From contig CBDCMT010000001.1 of the NCBI GenBank assembly GCA_965219095.1, positions 2,304,001 through 2,368,000 of the forward strand: a DNA stretch of 64,000 bases, in the 5' to 3' direction. The translations under genes and the position numbers were made by a program. This DNA is from Bdellovibrionales bacterium (GTDB lineage Bacteria > Bdellovibrionota > Bdellovibrionia > Bdellovibrionales > UBA1609). The notes under the pieces are model-generated. The model ran no database searches. It saw only the letters and a list, made by a program, of their open reading frames with translations, and was not told the DNA's origin. This document shows positions 28,743 to 39,827 of this stretch, in pieces (position 1 is the stretch's first letter; each line of letters opens with the position of its first letter).

Positions 28743-29334
28743 ATGATATCAATTTAATTTTCTAACTATGACCCAGTGTCCCTTATAGCAAGGGGTTTTC
28801 TAGAAGTTAACATTTCTATTATTGTAGAGAATGAAGCAGGGGAGTATTGTGAGATACCCTCTGATGATATAGGAAAGTACACTCCCTATTTTTTAAATCC
28901 AAGCTTTCAAGTAAGCCCTTATTTGACGTGAAAAAATAAGGAAATCAAGAGTTAGCTGAGGCAGAACTCATATCTAAAACAGCAAGTTTACATACAGCTG
29001 GTGGAGTACAAGTTGCAGTTGCTCCTGTTATTGGTAGTGCTATTGCGGGTGCTATAGCAGGATCAATAGTGGGTTGTTCACTTGGTGTTGGCAGCTGCGG
29101 AGAGCAATTTCTAAGAGTGGTATCGATACGGCAATGAGGAGAAGTGCGGTGGCTGGCGCTAGTACGTTAATAGCATCACCAATATTACTATCATTAGCAT
29201 CAATAGGGAAAACATTGACAGGCAAAGTTGTAGTAGCAGCAGGTTCTGTAATGATTGCATCAGCATCGGTAGCGGGATCAATATCTGCAATGGTTTGTAG
29301 TAAAGTAACTTTATTTTTTTCAAAAAAGAATTAG
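28743..29334 (+). pseudogene. decayed Gly/Ala-zipper hydrophobic protein
   Basis: Stitched reading ...IIVENEAGEYCEIP...ELAEAEL...APVIGSAIAGAIAGSIVGCSLGV...AVAGASTLIA...VAGSISAMVCS, with internal stops and frameshifts. Confidence 0.5.
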
Positions 29335-29416
29335 AAATCAAAAGAACTCTTGTTTTTAAATAGGCCTCTATTCAAGCATGCGGGGGCTTCTCTGTTATAA
29401 CTTTAAGTGCAACTAA

Positions 29417-29934
29417 AGCAATGTTAAAAACCAACTTAGATATTTCAGATTTTATGTCATAAAATTTACATATGTTCTTCGAGAAAGATTGTCAATTAAG
29501 ATTAAAGCTCACAACGACTTTTTATTTATTAAACGAAAAGCAAATGAGGATTTTAGCTACGGCAAAATCGAAAGCCTAGGGTTGCGGTGGCATAAGCAAG
29601 GTATCAAAGTTTACAGATTTATGTCGTCAGACTATTTACAGAGGATTAGAGGAGCTTTCTAAAAGAAGGAATGGTCAAAAAGAAATGTCTTTTTTCGTAT
29701 ATTTCAAAAAACTGGAGAGGACGTCCTTTGATTAATTATATGACTGTAATCAATTTAATATCTAAGACGAAAATCAAGCCTAAAAGTTAAAGCTTGTTTA
29801 GATAGAAGAAAATACAAAAAAGGAGAAACAGCGTCTAAAAAGGAGATGGAGTTTATAAAAATTAAGAGAGAAGCATTTCAGGACAAGTGGAATTATAAAA
29901 TACTATTACATTTAAGTTATTTTTTAACAGTTCC
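29417..29934 (+). mobile_element. internally deleted ISAzo13 derivative (518 bp)
   Basis: Matches both ends of 32704-33989 with two internal deletions; TAA flanks on both sides. Confidence 0.88.
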
Positions 29935-29940
29935 TAAAAG

Positions 29941-30321
29941 TTAGGCAATGAGATCTAAAAAACACTGTCTCCAATACAAGGGAGTTTTTGATGAAAACTT
30001 TAGAACCAGCTCAAAAATTTTTTGATCCACTCGGGAAGATCTAATCACAATACCATCTAAATTCAAATTCATATCAGGTAAAAACAAATTAAGGTGTTCT
30101 CCTATGAGGTTGTCTAAACTCAAACGTTGCCTTAAATCAACACGCACAAGATCACATCTTGAAATATGAATACAAAAAGCAGTTAGACTTATATTTAATA
30201 GTACCCCATATTGAGCAATTACACTCTTGTCATAGAGACTTGTAACCTCTTGAATGCCTATCTTTTCAATACATTTTCTAGGTTCTTTTCTATCTATAAA
30301 GTCTAACTTCCTAGCTGACAT
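29941..30321 (-). CDS. PilZ-like domain protein
   Basis: RKEPR (RxxxR) and NISLTA (degenerate D/NxSxxG); ATG 30321 follows GAGAGGTG. Confidence 0.6.
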   Translation of the reverse strand: MSARKLDFIDRKEPRKCIEKIGIQEVTSLYDKSVIAQYGVLLNISLTAFCIHISRCDLVRVDLRQRLSLDNLIGEHLNLFLPDMNLNLDGIVIRSSRVDQKIFELVLKFSSKTPLYWRQCFLDLIA

Positions 30322-30434
30322 ACAAACACCTCTCTTACCTCTCACTATCTTTATCGTCATAAAAAATAAAAACATTAAGATTTTTAAAAAAATCATGTAA
30401 ATTAAGAGGCATTTTGTTTTTGAAATAAAGAGTG

Positions 30435-30683
30435 TTAAAAAATGATCCAACTATCTAAAACAGGAGCTGCCACAAACACAATTAAACTCATATTGATCCA
30501 TATAAAAAACTTTTTCCAATGGCTAAAGTCATTTTGACTCATAGTAAGACAAATCTCTTTTTTAAAGTACTTTAAAAATTCATAGCCTGTCTTTAAAGCT
30601 ATAGGAACCACTAAGATTAAATACATCATATGTGCTGAAACAAAAAGGGGTGAAAGAAGAACTAAAAAGAGATAAAAAAACAA
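30435..30683 (-). pseudogene. C-terminal fragment of a polytopic membrane protein (possibly UbiA/heme o synthase family)
   Basis: Three hydrophobic segments. The 5' end coincides with the duplication breakpoint at ~30673-30686. Confidence 0.4.
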
Positions 30684-31489
30684 AACTTGTCATTTATGAG
30701 GATGAGGGTCATGGTATTAAAAAAAGAAAAAATTTTCTTGATTGTTCTCAAAAGATTTTAGATTTTTTAAAGACCTCTAAACTATCTATCTCAGAGGGTT
30801 GGAAGTAGATCAAGAACTCTGCAAATAAAGATAACCATTTAAATCCATTTTAGAAGACCTAAAGCCATTGATCAGGTTTATAGGGAAAGTCAATAGGACT
30901 TTATATAGTGCTTCCGTTTAGGTTTTCAGTTTCCTAAGATAGAGAAGTTATCAGTTATCAAAGTTTCTAATTTAGGTCTGTGTTTTCGTATTCCTCTAAA
31001 AAATTGACTTAAACTTCCCTTGAAATCGTCATAGTTTTCATAATATCGATTCGCCGTGACCTCTTTTTTCATAAACTTCCAAAGCCTTTCTATAGGATTT
31101 AAATTCGGTGAGTACGGAGGAAGATAAATAAGCTTTACATTCAACTCTTTCGCTAACTTCTTGACAGACTTCGATCTATTGTATCCGGCCCCATCTAAGA
31201 TAAGATGAATCTCTTTTTCATCGGGATGCTTCTTAATGAATATGATGGAGCATATCACATAGGAAAACTTCGTTGACTGTCTTATAACTCCTGACTACCG
31301 TCTTCAAACTATTGATCTCAATAGCTCCACAAACATTCACTCTTTTTCTCCAGCCTGAATTGGTCTTCACTTCAAACTTCTTACCCTCTCTTATCCAACC
31401 ATATGAAATCGTAGGGCCCCACTCAGGATGTGTGGAATCAGCAAAGTAAACAGGACCGTCTTTCTTCTTAATTCTCTTGTATTTACGCA
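30673..31489. repeat. ~817-bp inverted duplicate of 26001-26818 (peptidase 3' end, spacer and IS630 right arm)
   Basis: 30673-30903 is the reverse complement of 26588-26818, and the similarity continues through the IS arm. Confidence 0.92.
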
Positions 31490-32045
31490 CAAACTTTTTC
31501 TGCTCTTCTCTCTTTGCCTTACCCGGTATCGCTGTGGCTTTTTTATAAGAAAAACTAAGGCGATGGAGAAGATCAATTACACCACTTGTTGAGTACGTAA
31601 CACCAAAATTCTCCTCAATGAACTGAATAACGGTCTGTGATGATGGAAAAATTCTTTTCTCTAATTCCTTTAAAAGCATTTTCTCCTCTTTCTTAGTTAA
31701 AAAGGAGCTTTTAGGGTTGTAATTGTCGTTGATTAAGCACTCTATCCCACCTTTGTTATAACGATCTCTACAGGCTCTTATCGTGCCCTCATCAATGAAA
31801 AGAAAGCAGGCAATATCTTTACACAACTTACCTTTATCTAAATGGAGAATTGTCATAATCCTTTTTGCGTATTTAAGATTTTTCTCTAGAGATAGTTCAT
31901 AGAGTAAATCTTTTCGCTCTTTTTTTGATAGAAACCCTGACATATGAAACTATTTTTAAAAATAAATGACTTTTTATCAAGGCCTTAGAATAAAAACTAG
32001 ACCTCAACTCAAAAAAAAACGGAAAACCTAAGCGGAAGCACTATA
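30904..32045 (-). mobile_element. IS630-family IS, full length; transposase in two frames (31943-31233 and 31258-30926)
   Basis: IRs TAGTGCTTCCG(C/T)TTAGGTTTTC with TA flanks; YFADSTHP, LDGAGYN and LPPYSPNLNPIERLW. Confidence 0.95.
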
Positions 32046-32703
32046 TATGGACATTATATGTGTTAACAAAAACAATCAAAGGAAAGGAATACTATGAAAA
32101 TAAAAATTCTACTTATGGCTATTATTTGCCTTTTTATATTCAAGCAAAGTGCATTTGCTTTATACCATAATGTTTATTTTAAAGCAGGCTGGCAGGGGAA
32201 GATACCAAAAGACATTAAAAAAGAGATTAATGGTATCACTAAAAACATCGAGAATTGTAATCTCCCTACTCCAAACACTTCATACACATGTCCAATGAAT
32301 GATCAATACTACATTTATTTTTCGGGCTTCATATGCCCAAAAAAGAAAAACAGAAGTAGAAGTATACGACATATAGTGCTTCCGTTTAGGTTTTCAGTTT
32401 CCTAAGATAGAGAAGTTATCAGTTATCAAAGTTTCTAATTTAGATCTGTGTTTTCGTATTCCTCTAAAAAATTGACTTAAACTTCCCTTGAAATCGTCAT
32501 AGTTTTCATAATATCGATTCGCCGTGACCTCTTTTTTCATAAACTTCCAAAGCCTTTCTATAGGATTTAAATTCGGTGAATACGGAGGAAGATAAACAAG
32601 TTTTATATTCAACTCTTTCGCTAACTTCTTGACAGACTTCGATCTATTGTATCCGGCCCCATCTAAGATAAGATGAATCTCTTTTTCATCGGGATGCTTC
32701 TTA

Positions 32704-33989
32704 GGAACTGTTAAAAAATAACTTAGACATTTCAGATTTTATATCGTAAGATTTACATGTGCTATCAGAGAAAGATCGTCAATTAAGATTAAAGCTCACA
32801 ACGACTTTTCATTTATTAAACGAAAAGCAAAGGAGGATTTTAGCTGCGGCAGAGTCGAAAGCCTATGGTCGTGGTGGCATAAGCAAGGTATCAAAGTTTA
32901 CAGGTTTATGTCGTCAGACTATTTACAGAGGATTAGAAGAGCTTTCTAAAGGAGTTAAAGATTCAAAGATTCGTTCAAAAGGAGGGGGAAGGAAGAAGAA
33001 GACTGCAGAGTATCCAGAGTTAGTTTCCGTTCTTGAAAGTTTAATGGAGTCTAGCACAAGAGGGGATCCTGAGAGTCCGCTAAAGTGGAGCAGTAAAAGT
33101 GTAAGAAATCTTAGTGAGGCCTTAAATTCACAAGGTTATAATATAAGCCCTCCCACTGTTGCAAGCATTTTACACGAACTGGATTACAGCTTGCAGGCCA
33201 ATAGAAAGGTTTTGGAAGGAAAAAAAGCTCATGCAGATAGAAATGAACAATTTGAGTTCATTAATAACAAGGTAAAGAGTTTTTTAAGAAGAGGGCTACC
33301 TGTTATTTCTGTAGATACAAAGAAGAAGGAGATTCTTGGAAATTATGTTAGTAAGGGGAAGGAATGGTCAAAAAAGAAAAATCCCATAGAAGTTTTAAGC
33401 CATGATTTCCCAGATCCAGAAGTTCCAAGAGTGATACCTTACGGTGTTTATGATTTGTCTTTAAATGCAGGATGGGTCAATGTAGGGGTAAGTGCTGATA
33501 TAGCAGAATTTGCTGTTTCAAGCATTAAAAAGTGGTGGAGGTATATGGGAAAAAAATCTTATCCTAATGCTGCACAAATTTTAATTTGTGCAGACAGTGA
33601 GGGAAGTAATGGATATCGTCTTCATCTATGGAAGTATGAGTTACAGAAATGGTGTGATGTAGTAGGATTAAAAGTTCATGTTTGTCACTTTCCTCCTGGA
33701 ACAAGCAAATGGAATAAAATTGAACATCGTCTTTTTTCGTATATTTCAAAAAATTGGAGAGGACGTCCTTTGATTAATTATATGACTGTAGTCAATTTAA
33801 TATCTAAGACGAAAACAAAATTAGGCCTAAAAGTCAAAGCTTGTTTAGATAGAAGGAAATACAAGAAAGGAAAAACAGTGTCTAAAAAAGAGATGGAATC
33901 TATAAAAATTAAGAAAGAAGTATTTCATGGCGAGTGGAATTATAAAATACTACCACACTAAAATGTCTAAGTTATTTTTTAACAGTTCC
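32704..33989 (+). mobile_element. ISAzo13-family IS, complete
   Basis: IRs GGAACTGTTAAAAAATAACTTAGACATTT; 3-bp TSD TTA at 32701-32703 and 33990-33992. Confidence 0.95.
32759..33961 (+). CDS. ISAzo13-family transposase
   Basis: TRGDPESPLKW, ISVDTKKKE, PPGTSKWNKIEHRLFS, FHGEWNY. Confidence 0.93.
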   Translation: MLSEKDRQLRLKLTTTFHLLNEKQRRILAAAESKAYGRGGISKVSKFTGLCRQTIYRGLEELSKGVKDSKIRSKGGGRKKKTAEYPELVSVLESLMESSTRGDPESPLKWSSKSVRNLSEALNSQGYNISPPTVASILHELDYSLQANRKVLEGKKAHADRNEQFEFINNKVKSFLRRGLPVISVDTKKKEILGNYVSKGKEWSKKKNPIEVLSHDFPDPEVPRVIPYGVYDLSLNAGWVNVGVSADIAEFAVSSIKKWWRYMGKKSYPNAAQILICADSEGSNGYRLHLWKYELQKWCDVVGLKVHVCHFPPGTSKWNKIEHRLFSYISKNWRGRPLINYMTVVNLISKTKTKLGLKVKACLDRRKYKKGKTVSKKEMESIKIKKEVFHGEWNYKILPH

Positions 33990-35046
33990 TTAATGAATAT
34001 GATGGAGCATATCACATAGGAAAACTTCGTTGACTGTCTTATAACTCCTGACTACCGTCTTCAAACTATTGATCTCAATAGCTCCACAAACATTCACTCT
34101 TTTTCTCCAGCCTGAATTGGTCTTCACTTCAAACTTCTTACCCTCTCTTATCCAACCATATGAAATCGTAGGGCCCCACTCAGGATGTGTGGAATCAGCA
34201 AAGTAAACAGGACCGTCTTTCTTCTTAATTCTCTTGTATTTACGCACAAACTTTTTCTGCTCTTCTCTCTTTGCCTTACCCGGTATCGCTGTGGCTTTTT
34301 TATAAGAAAAACCAAGGCGATGGAGAAGATCAATTACACCACTTGTTGAGTACGTAACACCAAAATTCTCCTCAATGAACTGAATAACGGTCTGTGATGA
34401 TGGAAAAATTCTTTTCTCTAATTCCTTTAAAAGCATTTTCTCCTCTTTCTTAGTTAAAAAGGACCTTTTAGGGTTGTAATTGTCGTTGATTAAGCACTCT
34501 ATCCCACCTTTGTTATAACGATCTCTACAGGCTCTTATCGTGCCCTCATCAATGAAAAGAAAGCAGGCAATATCTTTACACAACTTACCTTTATCTAAAT
34601 GGAGAATTGTCATAATCCTTTTTACGTATTTAAAATTTTTCTCTAGAGATAGTTCATAGAGTAAATCTTTTCGCTCTTTTTTTGATAGAAACCCTGACAT
34701 ATGAAACTATTTTTAAAAATAAATGACTTTTTATCAAGGCCTTAGAATAAAAACTAGACCTCAACTCAAAAAAAAACGGAAAACCTAAGCGGAAGCACTA
34801 TATAAACATTAGAGAATCATATCTTTCCAATGAATTTGATACACTCTTTACCCGTACTTAAAAGTTATAAATTTCTAGAAGTAAAAATCCAAACTTATAC
34901 ATGAAAATATAGAATTAACTTTTGGAATTGGTATAGCTCTAAGCATTTCACTTTTATTCTTTTTAATATAAAAATAATTTAATAAAATGACCTGGATTAA
35001 AGGCTTGAAAATTGTGAAAAAATTTACTGGTCAGAACACTAGATTA

Positions 35047-35625
35047 CCCAAATTCCACGCTAAAAATGATCACTACATTGCTCTAACATAGGATAAGTTC
35101 CATAAGACAGAAATTTTCCAGTAAAAATGGGGTTATTGCCCTTTTTTTCTGTGAAAAGCTCTTGCCATTCTATTTTTAAGTAGTTACCATAATGGTAACT
35201 ACTATGAGTTTTATAAAGAAGATTAAAAGAGGAGGCAGCACTTATTTAGCAGAGGTGAGAAATATCCGAGTCAAGGGCAAGGTCGTACATCAGAATTTTA
35301 AAAGGAGTTACAAATTTAAATCCTGTACGACACTGGCTTTGCAACAGAGTAGTGGCTCATTTTTTTATTTGTTATTTATCTTATCTTCTGCTTTCCGTAT
35401 TAAAGTTACATCTCTACAATTTGGATTTGGATATTTCGCCCATTCAAGCATTAAAAGAGCTAGAAAACCTGTACAAAGTTTATTTTTCTGATAAAAAGAA
35501 AAAAGTTCAAATGTCTCGGACAGTTGCTCTAAGCAAAATTCAAGAAAATATCATAAAGGCTATTGACAAAAAGCTTCTCAGAGAAATGAAAACCAGTAGT
35601 GATCATTTTTAGCGTGGAATTTGGG
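35047..35625 (+). mobile_element. internally deleted IS1634 derivative (579 bp)
   Basis: Same ~28-bp IRs CCCAAATTCCACGCTAAAAATGATCACT as 57791-59478; TAGATTA on both flanks; ~1.1-kb deletion at ~35288. Confidence 0.92.
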
Positions 35626-35692
35626 TAGATTAAAAACCCTTGTTCAAGTTGAAAAAGGTTGGACTGTGCTGAAAAAGAAAAAAGATTTAATT

Positions 35693-37690
35693 CTATAGAA
35701 GAGGGGCTAATATAAGAGCTACAATGGACATCACTTTAATCAGTATATTCATGGAAGGCCCTGTTGTGTCTTTAAAAGGATCTCCCACTGTATCTCCAAT
35801 TACAGCAGCTGCATGAGTGTCACTCCCTTTTGTCTCTCCTTCAATGTCACCCTTTTCAATGTATTTTTTAGCGTTATCCCAAGCTCCTCCAGAGTTACTC
35901 ATAAAAAGAGCGAAAACAATTCCTACTAACAAAGAACCAGCTAACATACCTCCTAGAGCTTGGGCTCCTAAAAGAAGACCAACACAAACAGGAGAGGTGA
36001 CTGCAATCATGCCTGGTAAGATCATTTCCTTTAAGGCGGCGTTTGTAGAAATAGAAACACAACGAGTAGTATCAGGTTTTCCTTCACCTTTGAGAAGGCC
36101 GGGGATTTCACGAAATTGTCTTCTGATCTCATCAACCATATGTGAAGCTGCTTTTCCCACAGAACTCATAGTTAAAGAGGCCACTATAAGAACTATCATA
36201 GCCCCTAGTAGAAGTCCCATAACAACAGAAGGATTGGTTATATCCATGACAAGTTCCTGGGGCAATTGCTCTTTAAAGGATACAAAAAGTGCTAAAGCTG
36301 TAAGAGCTGCAGAACCAATGGCAAATCCTTTTCCGATTGCAGCTGTAGTGTTTCCTACAGCATCTAAATTGTCAGTGATTTGACGTACTTCAGGTTTTAA
36401 TTTCGCCATTTGGGCAATGCCTCCGGCATTATCTGCAATAGGACCATAAGCATCAATAGTCATAGTGATTCCTACAGTAGCCAACATACCTACAGCAGCC
36501 ATAGCAATTCCATAAAGGCCTGCAAAATGATGGGAAGTAAAGATGGAGAGTACAATTATCAAAAGGGGAATGGCACAAGACTCTAAACCTACAGCGACTC
36601 CTGATATGATATTTGTAGCAGGTCCTGTCTTAGAAGCATAAATAATTTTATAAACAGGTTTTGAAGCCGTATAAAATTCCGTAACTTTTCCAATTAAAAT
36701 ACCGCAAAGAGAGCCTGCTAAAACAGCCCAGAAAACATGAGTGGATATTTCAAGAGTTTGAAGTAAGAAAAAAGAAGCAACTAAAAATAAAATTCCTGAG
36801 ACATACTCAGAACCATTGAGAGCTTTTGAAGGGTTAAGGTTTTTGAAAAGATTCATGCCTAAAATACCTAGAATAGAGGCAAATAAACCTAAAACACAGA
36901 TCAATAAAGGAAGGATCAGAAGATCGGAGCGGTTTCCTGATAAAGAAAGATCGTAAACAGCTTCAAGTCCCATGGTGGCTGCTATGGTTAGGGTAGCTAC
37001 TGTAGCACCTACGTAGGATTCAAAGATGTCTGCTCCCATACCTGCTACATCTCCCACATTGTCTCCTACATTGTCAGCAATCACACCAGGATTTCTAGGG
37101 TCGTCCTCAGGAATACCTGCTTCTACTTTTCCTGCCAAATCAGAGCCCACATCAGCAGCTTTTGTAAAAATACCCCCTCCAATGCGAGCAAATAAAGCAA
37201 TAGAAGAAGCTCCCATAGAAAAGCCCGCAATCACTGCAATAGAATCTTGGTAAAAATAAAACAAAACTCCTAGCCCTATTAATCCTAAACTTGCTACTGA
37301 GAGTCCCATCACTGCACCACCATTAAAGGCAATAAGTAAGGCTTCAGATAGACCTTTAAAGTTAGCAGCATTAGCAGAACGAACGTTACTTTTTGTAGCA
37401 GCCTTCATCCCAATAAAACCAGCAAGAGCTGATGTAAGAGCCCCTGTTATAAAAGCTACAGAATGGTTGATTCCAAATTGCCAGTACATAAGACAGGCTA
37501 CAAAGATCACAAAGATTGAAAGTTTAGAGTACTGAGCTTTTAAAAAAGCCATGGCTCCAAGATGAATTTGCGAAGCTATAAACTTCATGTTGTCATCCCC
37601 TTGGTCTTGTTTGATGACTATAATGTAAAGAACAAGAGCCATAATAAGACCAAGGACTCCAACAGCCGGGATGCTAAGATATGAAAACAT
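35693..37690 (-). CDS. hppA: membrane-bound ion-translocating pyrophosphatase (K+-dependent, probably Na+-pumping)
   Basis: [47 protein letters not shown]. Confidence 0.95.
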   Translation of the reverse strand: MFSYLSIPAVGVLGLIMALVLYIIVIKQDQGDDNMKFIASQIHLGAMAFLKAQYSKLSIFVIFVACLMYWQFGINHSVAFITGALTSALAGFIGMKAATKSNVRSANAANFKGLSEALLIAFNGGAVMGLSVASLGLIGLGVLFYFYQDSIAVIAGFSMGASSIALFARIGGGIFTKAADVGSDLAGKVEAGIPEDDPRNPGVIADNVGDNVGDVAGMGADIFESYVGATVATLTIAATMGLEAVYDLSLSGNRSDLLILPLLICVLGLFASILGILGMNLFKNLNPSKALNGSEYVSGILFLVASFFLLQTLEISTHVFWAVLAGSLCGILIGKVTEFYTASKPVYKIIYASKTGPATNIISGVAVGLESCAIPLLIIVLSIFTSHHFAGLYGIAMAAVGMLATVGITMTIDAYGPIADNAGGIAQMAKLKPEVRQITDNLDAVGNTTAAIGKGFAIGSAALTALALFVSFKEQLPQELVMDITNPSVVMGLLLGAMIVLIVASLTMSSVGKAASHMVDEIRRQFREIPGLLKGEGKPDTTRCVSISTNAALKEMILPGMIAVTSPVCVGLLLGAQALGGMLAGSLLVGIVFALFMSNSGGAWDNAKKYIEKGDIEGETKGSDTHAAAVIGDTVGDPFKDTTGPSMNILIKVMSIVALILAPLL

Positions 37691-37691
37691 T

Positions 37692-37943
37692 TTACTTCCT
37701 TTCCTTTTGTTGTTGTAAAAATTCTTTTAAAATCTTTTTGTTAAAATGAGTGGCATATAATGAGGGGTGGATAGGGAGTAGTTGTTTTTGTACCTTTAAC
37801 TGTTCTAACTGTTTTTGTTTTTTAACTTCTTCTATAGAATCTATATGGGGAAGGAGTATTTCAAAATTCTTTTGAATGATGTCTGCAAAAACTAAATAAG
37901 CAGTAAAGAAACTGAGGAAAGCTATACGTTTTAGAAAACCCAT
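37692..37943 (-). CDS. small hypothetical protein with signal-like N-terminus
   Basis: Tightly packed between the nitrilase gene and hppA. Confidence 0.55.
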   Translation of the reverse strand: MGFLKRIAFLSFFTAYLVFADIIQKNFEILLPHIDSIEEVKKQKQLEQLKVQKQLLPIHPSLYATHFNKKILKEFLQQQKERK

Positions 37944-37956
37944 AATTTCTTTTAAC

Positions 37957-38811
37957 CTAATCTTGAAAAAGCTTCAATGGAATTTGACGATTTTTCTCTA
38001 TGGGCAGGCGTTTTCTTATCTCATTGACTGTTTGCTTCTTGAGATCTGAGATTAATAAATCAGAAGTGTTAGGTGAGCCTTCCTCTATAACCTCACCCCA
38101 AGGATCAACAATGAGGCTATGGCCGAAGCATTGTTTTTTCCCTCCTTTGATTCCTTTAAGGAGGCCTGCTTGGTTACAGGCTAAGGCAAAGGATTGAAAC
38201 TCCATAGCTCTTGCTTTTATAAGAGTGTGCCAGTGTGAAAGCCCTGTGAAATGTAAAAAAGCACTAGGTATGAGAAAGGCATCAACTCCTTGAGTTCTGT
38301 AGAAATAAAATAGCTCAAAAAACCTCACATCATAGCAAATAGAAAGGCCGAATTTCCAACCTTTGTAGATTTTGACATAGGGGTTTGTTCCTGCTTCATA
38401 GGTTTGACTTTCTCTGACTTGATGACCTGATACATAAAAGTCGAACAAGTGTATTTTCCGGTAAATCACTTCAATACCTTGAGAGTCTATCCAGATCGAG
38501 GCATTAAAGATTTTTCCATCAGAGTCTTTCAAAGGGCTACCGCCTACATGAAAGGCGAAGTCATACTGGGTGGCTATTGATTTTAATTCCTTAAAATAAG
38601 GCGAGTGTATGTAGAGAGGTTCAAAATGTTTGTGGATTTTATAAAATAGAGCGTTCTCTGGAAGAGAAACTAGGTCTAGTTTTTCAGGACTCTTGATGGT
38701 TTCAAAAATTTTGATAATTTGTCTAAAGTTTTTTTCTGTATCATCAACAGACTGCAGTTGGAAAAGGGCTACTTTTAAATTATCTTTTAGAATATTTGAA
38801 GTATTTTTCAT
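37957..38811 (-). CDS. carbon-nitrogen hydrolase (Nit1/deaminated glutathione amidase-like)
   Basis: E-K-C triad: LPEN, YRKIHLFD, ICYDVRF. Confidence 0.92.
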   Translation of the reverse strand: MKNTSNILKDNLKVALFQLQSVDDTEKNFRQIIKIFETIKSPEKLDLVSLPENALFYKIHKHFEPLYIHSPYFKELKSIATQYDFAFHVGGSPLKDSDGKIFNASIWIDSQGIEVIYRKIHLFDFYVSGHQVRESQTYEAGTNPYVKIYKGWKFGLSICYDVRFFELFYFYRTQGVDAFLIPSAFLHFTGLSHWHTLIKARAMEFQSFALACNQAGLLKGIKGGKKQCFGHSLIVDPWGEVIEEGSPNTSDLLISDLKKQTVNEIRKRLPIEKNRQIPLKLFQD

Positions 38812-38822
38812 AGAAGAAAAGC

Positions 38823-39149
38823 TTAAGTAGTAATTTCAATCTTACCTTTAATGTCTTTACATTCCCATTTGTTTTTTTCTAAATTTGTTTGTGTTTTTGC
38901 TAAAATTTTTTGACAAGAAAGAGGCCATTTACATTTTCCTATGAAGTGTGAAATTCCTTTTTTTGTATAAATGACTTTATAAAAAAACTCTTGAGTTTTT
39001 TGTTTTATTTTGGGGATTTTGTGAAGGCTGATAGTCCTAATCTCACTTTGCTTTTCACATTCTACAAATTTTAAAAAGAATTTTTCAATTTGAGATACTG
39101 AATTGATTGAGTAAAAAAGTGAAGCGAGAAAAAAGCATGTCTGTATCAT
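38823..39149 (-). CDS. hypothetical secreted Cys-containing protein
   Basis: Co-oriented with short gaps; hydrophobic N-terminus. Confidence 0.55.
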   Translation of the reverse strand: MIQTCFFLASLFYSINSVSQIEKFFLKFVECEKQSEIRTISLHKIPKIKQKTQEFFYKVIYTKKGISHFIGKCKWPLSCQKILAKTQTNLEKNKWECKDIKGKIEITT

Positions 39150-39152
39150 TTT

Positions 39153-39407
39153 TTAGCTTTCCTTCTTTGTTGATGATTCCTTTTGTGCTTTCTTTATTAA
39201 AGCTACATTTGAGTAGTCAATAAAGCCTTCTTTCTTGAAAATTTGACTTTTCTCTTTATCAAAATGTGTCTGAAGGTGGACTCCTCTTACTTTCACTTTA
39301 AAAGGTGGGTTTTTACGTATTTGAATGACCTCTGCTGTAATTCCTTTATCATTTCCTGCAATGATTTTTACAGTATCCCCAACACGGATTTTTATTTTTT
39401 TTGCCAT
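39153..39407 (-). CDS. rplX: 50S ribosomal protein L24
   Basis: KOW motif IRVGDTVKIIAGNDKG and EGFIDYSNVAL. Confidence 0.85.
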   Translation of the reverse strand: MAKKIKIRVGDTVKIIAGNDKGITAEVIQIRKNPPFKVKVRGVHLQTHFDKEKSQIFKKEGFIDYSNVALIKKAQKESSTKKES

Positions 39408-39409
39408 AA

Positions 39410-39703
39410 TCAACCTTTCTTTACTTTATTTAATTTTTTTATGATGGTTTGTTTGATTTTCAAAGCTTTTTTTGAAAGTTTTGTGCTATCTTGTTTGAGT
39501 AAAAAAGCATCTAAGCCCCCCTGTTTTTCAAGAGTGCGAAGTGTTCTTGTTGAAATTTTTAAAGGAAATGATTTTTTAAGACTTTCGCTTATAAGAGTTT
39601 TTTTTTGAATGTTTAGAAAGGCTCTAGAGCGAGTACGTATCTTCGAATGGCTTACTTTATTTTTTGAAACAGGTGTTTTCCCTGTGAGTTCGCAACCTGG
39701 CAT
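39410..39703 (-). CDS. rpmB: 50S ribosomal protein L28
   Basis: CELTGK...NKVSHSKIRTRS...LKISTRTLRTL; GAGGAG Shine-Dalgarno. Confidence 0.92.
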   Translation of the reverse strand: MPGCELTGKTPVSKNKVSHSKIRTRSRAFLNIQKKTLISESLKKSFPLKISTRTLRTLEKQGGLDAFLLKQDSTKLSKKALKIKQTIIKKLNKVKKG

Positions 39704-39827
39704 GTTCAATGACTCCTCTCAAAAGCTCTATCCCATCTTATACAGGAAAATTAAGTCTTTTGGCAAGTTTTTCTTGACTTGTGAAAGAGTTTTTTAGTAA
39801 AGATATGCTGTAGGAGGTGTTTTTCCG

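Larger units (their letters stand above)
32372..34802 (-). mobile_element. IS630 copy interrupted by ISAzo13
   Basis: Near-identical to 30904-32045 on both sides of 32704-33989. Confidence 0.95.
32094..34861 (+). pseudogene. small secreted protein gene interrupted by IS630::ISAzo13
   Basis: Signal peptide MKIKILL...SAFA. Removing the IS restores RH-INIRESYLSNEFD. Confidence 0.6.

Noticed and set aside
30322..30450. Longer start for the PilZ-like ORF
   Set aside because: The extension is low-complexity intergenic sequence; ATG 30321 has the Shine-Dalgarno sequence.
35817..37253. Antisense ORFs within hppA (likewise in nuo, smc, ftsH, aapP, clpB, the peptidase and transposases)
   Set aside because: Shadow frames of well-supported genes with no motifs.
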